Shown here: one piece after another, positions 24,401 through 33,400 of the stretch
How positions within the stretch are numbered: position 1 is the stretch's first letter
Layout of the letters: every line of letters starts with the position of its first letter
Assembly (NCBI GenBank): GCA_016180085.1
Contig: JACPBX010000006.1
Location: 1-54,596, forward strand
From: Candidatus Woesearchaeota archaeon
Lineage (GTDB): Archaea; Nanobdellota; Nanobdellia; Woesearchaeales; UBA10216
DNA length: 54,596 bases
Reading direction: 5' to 3'
Program-made: the position numbers and the translations under genes
Notes under the pieces: model-generated
Databases searched by the model: none
Told to the model about the DNA's origin: nothing
The model's input: the letters and a program-made list of their open reading frames with translations, nothing else

Positions 24401-27400
24401 TGTCCGACGGTTATTACAACATTACCATCAAGGTAAAAGACATGGCCAACAACACCAACACGTCTGTGAGCAGGAGCATAACCGTAGACACCACACCCCC
24501 GGTCATTAGTTACGCTGCTCCGAGCTTCGCAAATGCCAGCTTCGTGAACGTTTCGTGGATTTTCCTGAATTTCAGCTTTATTGAAGTCAATAATGGCACG
24601 CTGATGATTAGGAACGGCTCAACGAACTGGACTAATGTGAACGCCAGTTCAGGTTACTTCTTTTACAACTTCAGCCCGAGGGCGGATGGCAATTACACGT
24701 TCTTTGGCTGGATGAATGACTCTGCTGGCAATGTTGCGCAGACAGTGAACAGGACGATTGTGGTTGACACTGTTGGCCCGATTGTAACTTACGACTCAAC
24801 GAGCTTTGCAAACGCTACATACCACAAGCTCGTGACCATAAATGTGACGGCAAATGACACAGCCAACGACCACAATGAGCTGAGCGCGTTTGTTGACTTC
24901 AACAGCTCGCTCATTGCCTATTACAGGTTTGAGGATGAAGGCGACACGAACGCGAGCGATTTCACCAGCTACAACAACAACGGCACCTTAGTTAACTTTG
25001 GATGCACTACTCTGAACTGCAACCTTACCGGCGGCGCTGGAGGCACTGGCTCCGGGTGGACTTCTGGCGGGAAGAGGGGCAGGGCGCTGGTGTTTGATGG
25101 CGAGACCACCCTGATTAACATAACCGACACCACAAATTCGCCTTTGGACATAACCTCTACTATAACGCTTGAGGCTTGGGTCAAGCCTGCAACACCGCCG
25201 GCAGGCGGCAATAACGAGATAATATCCAAGCCCCACACGGCTTTTTCATCGCCGTATTTTATGTACAACCTTGACCTGGGGAACGTGAACAATCCGAGGA
25301 TGGACATAACAATAGGAGGGATAAGGCAGGAATGCACGGCGGCTAGCGCTAATATGGGAATAGGCACGTGGGCACATCTGGTGGGAACTTACAACGGCAC
25401 GCATGTAGCCATGTACGTTAATGGTGTGCTGAATAATACCTGCGCCATTACAGGAACCATTGACACCAACAACATGCCCCTGTTCATAGGAGGGAGTGCC
25501 AACAGCGGTGCCGAGTCTTTATTCTTCAACGGCACAATTGACGAAGTCAAGGTGTGGAACAGGTCGTTGTCAGCCCAGGAAATCAACGCATCCTTTAATG
25601 CGGGGAGGTACCGCTTAATAACAAACATCACCAACGTTGACGGCAAGTATGCTGACGGCAACTTCAGCTATTATGCTGCGGTTGTTGACGCTGCAGGCAA
25701 CGTGAACCGGACAGAGACGAGGCTGATTGTGCTTGACAACACTGTCCCTGTGCTTAACGTGACCAGGCTTGCCTACACAAACATGTCAGGCTGCGCCTAC
25801 CAGAGCAGCAACACGTCATCGTCAGCAACGATTTACTTCAGCTCACTGCTTGGCTCCAATGGGGTTGAGGAGTGTGGCGGCCAGGAAGTGACCCTTGAGG
25901 TTATTTTCTATGACCTTTACAGGAACAGCCTTGCAGGCAACCTTACCTTCGGCGAGGTGCCCTCAAACCGCACGGCAACCAATCCCACAAGGATTGCCTA
26001 CACGATAGAAACAGGCTCTGGCAACGCTACTGCAGCGCTTTACGCCAACGACACTGCAAACAACTCGGCAACATCAACTGTTACGTTCAGGCTGGACGCC
26101 AATGACACGTTGACTACTGACAACAGCACTGTTAGCACGCTTTGGGTTATCACCAACGTTACAGTCAACCTGACTGCCGTTGACAGGGGAGGAACGTCAT
26201 CCAGCGGCGCCAACAGGACTTTGTGGTGCACCTACACTGCAGGCACAGCGCCTTGCACTCCGGCTATTGAAATTGTGAATCCTGTCTCATTTAGCCTGCC
26301 CCTTAACTGCAGCACAGACAGCAGCTGCACCATTAGGGTCAGGTATTACAGCATGGACAATGTCAGCAACAACGAAAGCGGAGGGGCAAACGGCGGCCAG
26401 ATTAGGGAGTCGAACACTGTGAACATAGCAACAGGCGGGACTGACGTGCAGGACTCTCTCGTCAACAACTCTGCCATAATGAACGGCTCGTTTGTCAGGA
26501 CAAGCAACATCACGAACAGCACGGTGAACTACTGCAGGGTTACCGGCTCTCTAATAACAAGGTCAACCCTGTTCAGGGGAGACCAGCAGCTCTATGTGCG
26601 CAACTGCAGCATCTCTGACTCTGTCGTCATTGACAGCAACCTGACAGCGGCAATAGTTGAGAAGAGGAGCTACATTGACCCGAGCATCGTAGTTGACTCT
26701 ATAATAAGCAACAGCAGCATCAGGAACTCAACAGTCTACTACAGCAGGGTTGAGAACAGCACGTTCTGCGGGAACTTCTCGGTATGGACGGCTGCAATCC
26801 TGAACAACACGCTTATAGACGGAAGGATAACGTTCAACAGCACCAACTACTTCGGGCCCATGGCTCTCAGCAGCATCTGCGGAGGGGTTGCGTCGAGCCC
26901 TGTCGGAAGCCTGGCTGCTTCGCCTTCGGCAGTTAAGGACGGCGATAACGTGACATTCACGTATACGGGAAGTGCAGTGGGCTATACTGTTACCATTTCC
27001 ACAGGCGACCTGTTTGCGCTTGACAATACAAGCAAGACTGGCATAACGCTTAATGACAACGGAAATTTCCCTGATGCGGTTGCCAATGACGCGGTTTATT
27101 CTGCGAACTACAGCATCAGCTTGAACAATAACCAGAGCGATGGCAACAAGACGGTTGTGGCGCAGGTGTCTGACAACCTTGGCAACAACTGGACAGTCAG
27201 GACCAATGTGACCCTTGATAACACAGCGCCTTCAGCAGCGATTGTTATTAACGGCAACAACCTTAACACAACCTCTACAACTGTTACCCTCAACGTGACA
27301 GTATCCGATGCAACAACGCCTGTGATGGACTGCCGCTTCGCGAATGAGGACAGGACGTTCGGCTCTTACGAGCCGTGCCCCATAACCAAAGTCTGGGTTC

Positions 27401-30400
27401 TCAGCAGCGGGAATGGCGTTAAGACTGTTGTTGTGCAGGCGAGGGACTCTGCCGGTAACGTGAACGACACAAACGACACAATAAGCCTCCTGGGGACAGG
27501 CACAGTGATAGTCTCGCCGCAAAGCAACGAGATAATCAGGGGCTCCAAGCTTGTCATTGTTTCTGCCCCTGACAATGCAGTTTGGGTGACGTTCAACATT
27601 ACCAACGCGAGCAACTCTGCCCATACGTGGAACCTTGCAGGAACAGCAAATGCAATAACCAATGATACCAACCCTGCTGATGGCTTTTCGCAGGCATGGA
27701 CAACGACTGCTACAGCGTTTGCGAACGAGTCCAGGTTCAACCTGACTGTCATAAGCTATGACGCTTCCGGCAACCAGCTGAGCAATGACACAAAGACGAA
27801 CATTGAGGTTGACAACGCCCCTCCAACAGTTACCCTGGACGTTCCAAACGCCAATGGCCTTTACCATGCGGTTGTTGCTGTGAACGCCTCTGCATCGTCA
27901 GACACCTCAAAGGTGAGGTTTGAATACAGGAGAGGCTCTGGCGACTGGACTGTGATTGGCGAGGCAGTCACTCCGCCGTTCAGGATTGACTGGGACACAT
28001 CCGGCTTGGCTGACGCTGCAAACTACGAGGTCAGGGCCAATGCTACCGATGATGCAGGGAACTCTGCTAACGTCAGCAATGCCAACTTTGAGGTTGACAA
28101 CACAGCCCCTGTGGTGACGATTAACAACCCCACAGCTGGCACAACGATTTCCGGGACGTTCAACATCACGTTCACGATACTGGGCACTATCCATGGCGTG
28201 CAGGTTCAGTTTGACGGCGGGAGCTGGGCAAATACAGATGCAAACACCTACCACAGCTGGGATACGACTGCTTACATTGATGCTGTGCACAGCATAAGGA
28301 TAAGGGCTAATGACTCTGTCAATAACACAGGGTATAGCGACCTGAGGATTGTCAATGTCAACAATGGAGGCGCTCCTGTCATACTGCTTGAGCCGCTCTC
28401 CAACGGCTACAAATCGGGCAGTGTTGACATTACAGTGAGCGGGCCGGGCACAACGTTTAACGTGACGTTCAACATCAGCAACTCAACAGGCTTCTTCAAC
28501 ACTACAGGCAACATAAGCGCTGTTAGTCTCGACAACGTGAGCTCTGACGGCTGGTCTGCCATATGGGATACAACCAGGTTTGCTGAAGACGGCGTTTACA
28601 CAGTAACTGTCAGGGCTTACACCGCGGCAAATGCGCTGTTGGGCTCTGACAGCGCAATAAACATTGAAGTTGACAACCGCATACCGGCTAATGTCACGAC
28701 CATAAACGTTTCAGACTACCCGACAGATAATGACGGAAGCCTCGTTATTAACTGGACTTCCAGCACCGCACCTGACCTTGACCACTACAACCTGTACAGG
28801 TCACAGACAAGGGGCTTTAACATAAGCACTGGCTCACTGCTGAAGAGCGTGGCTGGCAATGTTACAACCGATAACGTGCCCGCAGGCTCATGGTACTATA
28901 AGGTAACCTCTGTTGACAATGTTGGGAGGGAGAGCAATGCATCGCCGGAAGCAAATACCACAGTTGACCTTGTCGGCCCTACAGGAAGCATGGACATAAA
29001 CGCGACCTACGTGAGGGGCAACGACACGCTGAAGTTTGTCTACACCGGCTCGGGCACGGGCTTCACGGTTGTCGTTAACGCCTCAGAGATGCAGCAGCTT
29101 GATGCCAAGGTCATGCACGGCTTTGAAACCCTGTGGCAGACTTCAAACAACAACAGCCTCAACATCACGCTGAATAACACTGCCCAGGCAGGCAGCTTCA
29201 GCAACAGGCTGGTGACAAACAGCTCAGGGGCGCTCGGCCAGAACATTACTGTTAACTTGTCTGCTGCCAGCGTTGTGAACTTAACTAAGTTTAACAGGCT
29301 GCTGTTGTGGGTGCAGGCTAACACTACAGGCAACCTCCTTAACCTGACCTTTGGCAACAGCAGCTACACAGAGACAGGCAACTTTACCGTAAGCATATCG
29401 GCAGCGAACACCTGGGAGCAGAAGATATTCGACCTGTCGGCTGTCCCGCAGCCCAACCGCACTGCAATCTGGTATGTTATGTTCAACGTTACAACCTCAA
29501 CACCGTTTACAATGCTCCTTGACGACCTGAAGGCAAGCAACCAGCTAAGCCTGGTTGACAATGGCGCTTCAGGCGATGAGGTAGCCAGCGATGCGAAGTA
29601 CACTGCGCTTTACAACATTACCGGCGACAGCGTGGCAGACGGCACTAAGACTGTAAAGGCGCTTGTTGATGACGGCGCTGGCAATTTCCTTGCCCCCCAG
29701 GACACTGTTACTGTTGACAACACACCACCAAACGGCACCGTGCTGATTAACGAGGGCGACACCTTCACCATTTCAAGGACTGTAACCCTGAACCTCACCT
29801 TTGTTGACGCGACTTCAGGCGTTAAGGACTGCAGGTTCAGCAACACTGAGCCGGTGGCCTCTAGCTATGAGGGCTGCCAGGTGCTTAAGGTATGGACAAC
29901 CACAACCGGTGGCGGCACGAAGACGGTTTACTTTGAGGTCAGGGACAATGCAGGCAACACAAACGTCAGCATAGACACGATAGTGCTTGACGTAACTGTG
30001 CCAATAATGATAATCACTTTCCCATTGCCTGATGACGTTGTCAACGGCACAGTCAACGTAACATTCAGCGGTGCTGAAAGCACGCAGCCGCAGATAAGCT
30101 TTGACGGCAGCAACTGGACAAATACCACAGCAGTCAACTTCCACCTGTGGAACACAAACACAGGCAATGTTTCTGATGGTGTGCACAGCATAAGGGTCCG
30201 GGATACCGATCCAGCCGGGAACATAGGCTATTCGGAGTCTGTGCTGGTTACCGTGGACAACATTCCAGGTGTGGTCACGTTCGTGCAGCCAACAGGCGGC
30301 CAGATACTTACCGGCAACGTGACAGTCATAGCCGTTGCCCCGGACAACACAGTGAACATTACGTTCTGGATATTCAACTCCACGGCAAGCAGGAGCATTT

Positions 30401-33400
30401 ACGTCTACAACGACACTGTTGTTGCGGATGGCTGGAACTTCACGCTGAACACCGCATTGTATGATGACGGCCTTTGGGAGCTCTTTGCCAATGCCACTGA
30501 CAGCTTTGGCAGGGTTTTCGACACAGCCTCGGTGCCGAGCCTGAGGTTTGACAATGCTGTGCCTACTGCCACGCTTGTAACCCCGCCAAACGGCATTACT
30601 GTCCGGGGCACGGTAATGATAAACGTTACAGCAAGCTCTGATGTCAAGCAGGCATTCTTCGAGTACAGCAACGATTCCGGCACGAACTGGCACCCCATTG
30701 GCATTGACTTCAGCCAGGTTGGGGGATGGACCTTTGCATGGTTTACCGCTGCCCTGAATGACGCCTCGACTTACAGGGTGAGGGCTAACGTTACCGACCA
30801 CGTGGGCTTGTCGGCTGTTGCCCAGAACAGCGCTGACTTCACGATTGACAACACACCTCCAACTGTCAACATTACAACTCCGGTGCCTGGCAGCTACGTT
30901 TCAGGTATTGTCAGGATTAACTTCACAGGCAACGAGACCCTGAGCTCTGAGCTGAGGATTGACGGCAACGAGTGGACTAATGTTACAAACTCGACATCGT
31001 TTGCCTGGAACACGGCAGCTTACAATGATGGCACCCACACCATTCAGGCGAGGAATAACGATACTGTCGGGAACTCAGGCCTGAGCAGCATTGTCTCGGT
31101 TATTGTTGACAACTCAAGGCCTGTGGTCACGATTACCAGCCCTGCAAGCAATACGACTATAAGGGGCAATGTCACAGTGCTTACAATTGCCCCGCCTGAC
31201 ACCACGAGGCTGGACTTCTACGTTGACAACAACACAGGCTCGGGCTGGATTCTCAGGAGCAGCGATACGAACAAGGATGACGGCTGGAGCTTTGTCTGGA
31301 ACACAGGGCTTGACTGTGCAAATGAATGCGCAGGCGTGAGGCTCAGGGTTAACTCTACTGATGCTGCCGGCCTGATAAGCAACTTCACAGTTAGCAACCT
31401 GGAGATAGACAATGTTGGCCCGACAGTCACTCTGCTCTCACCGGCTGACAGCACAACGGTAAGGGGCGTCATAATTGCCAGCGCTGCGAGCAGCTCTGAC
31501 ACTGCGCAGGTGGTGTTTGAGTACAGCCCTGACTCCGGCACAACATGGTATACGATAGGCACTGACCCAAGCTCAGCCGGTGGCTGGAACATTACCTGGG
31601 ACACGAGGCAGGTTGCTGATGCTTCAACTTACAGGGTCAGGGCGAATGCTACTGACAACGCCGGCTTAAGCGGAACAGCCCAGAACAGCGCTGACTTTAC
31701 AATTAACAATGTTGAAGCTGCTACAACTATAATAAGCCCGAGGGCAGGCAGCATAATTGGCGGGAACTTCACAGTTACCGCAGTTGCCCCTGACACGGCG
31801 TTCTTCGTGCAATTCAAGGTGTTTAACGGCTCTGGCAATTTCAGCTTTAATGGCAGCCTTGGCTTCACGAACGACAGCACGCCTGCTGACGGCTGGTCTG
31901 CGAAGTGGAACACAACAGCATTTGCTGATGGCCTGTACAACCTGTCAGCTGCTTCGTATGATGTTAACGGCAACTACATCAGCAACGGCACCGAGCTTGA
32001 CATCCGGGTTGACAACACGGCTCCTGCGGCAGTCACGCTTACAGCTCTTCCAACCTTCTCCAACAGGAACATTATTGCGCTGAACTGGAGCCAGAGCGCA
32101 AGCTCTGACGTTGCATGGTATAATGTTTACAGGTCCAACAATGTCAGCTTTGCGCTTAGCAGCGGTGCCCTGCTGAAGAACGTGAGCAGCAACAGCACTG
32201 TTGATGTTGTGCTTGACGGGCAGTGGTTCTACAAGGTAACGGCTGTTGACATTGCAGGTAGGGAAAGCGCTGCCAGCAACGAGGTGAACGCCACAATAAT
32301 AACAGGCGCTCCGCCGAGCGAGCTGTATGGCACCCTTACAGTGAATGATACTATAGTCAACAATGGCAGCTCGGTGCTGTTTGCCTTCTTTGGCAGCGCG
32401 ACAAACCTCAACGTTACAATCAACCAGTCGGAGATGGGGAAGCTCGACAACACTTCAGGCTCATTGCAGCTGAATGATTCCGGCATTAATGGCGACCTTG
32501 TTGTTGATGATGCAACATACTCCGGCATTTACGCGATAAGCATGCTGAACAACATCAGCGATGGCGTGAAGCAGCTCATTGCCGAGGTCAATGACTCTGC
32601 CGGGAACATTTTCAGGCCTGCTGTGAACATTACGCTTGACAACACCAGGCCCAATGTCAGCGTGTCTGTTAATGACAATGTGTTAGTGTCCATTTACAGG
32701 GTCGTGAATGTCAAAGTCAGCGCCAATGACACGTTCGGGATTGGCTCCTGCAGGTATGCAAACGAGGACAGGGCATTCGGGGAGTGGGAGAGCTGCGTTT
32801 CATCAAAGGTCTGGCAGCTCTCAACGTCCTCTGGCAACAAGACTGTTGTTGTGCAGGCGATGGACAGGGCCGGTAACGTGCAGGAGGCAAATGACACGAT
32901 TGAGCTGAAGCTGCCGATACCGCTCGGGCCCCTCACAGTCACTCCTGTCATTGTGAAGAACGGCGACAACATAACATTCTATTACGACTCGGCAACAGCC
33001 GGGCTTACGGCAGTGATTAACATCACAGAGCTTGCAAGGCTTGACAACACTTCCACGCAGCAGCTCGTGCTTCATGATGATGGCGCATGGCCTGACAGCG
33101 TTTCTATTGATGGCATTTACACTGCAAACTACAGCATCGGCCTGAACAACAACGAGAGCGACGGCCCGAAGCGCATCACAGCTACTGTAAACGATTCAGA
33201 GGGCAATTATTTCAGGCCTGCAGTGAACATTACCCTTGACAACACAAAGCCGAACGCGACGATAAGCATATTCGGCACCAGCCCTGCCGGCTTTACGAAC
33301 GTGAGCGGTGAGTACACGTCCAGCAGGGCAGTTACGCTGGTAATTGCGTTCAACGACACAGCAGGCGGAACCGCAACAGCTTCAACCGGTGGTGTTGACT

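Larger units (their letters stand above)
3724..25750 (+). other. LamG-like jellyroll domain array within the giant protein
   Basis: About 24 [FWL]N[GA][TS]xxE-type motifs counted by eye, from FNGTIDEFAV (~4333) to FNGTIDEVKVW (~25525). Confidence 0.85.

Noticed and set aside
3724-25750. DGR target or CRISPR array explanation for the repeats
   Set aside because: No reverse transcriptase, no adenine-specific template/variable pair noticed, and the repeats are in-frame protein linkers with kb-scale spacing rather than CRISPR spacers.
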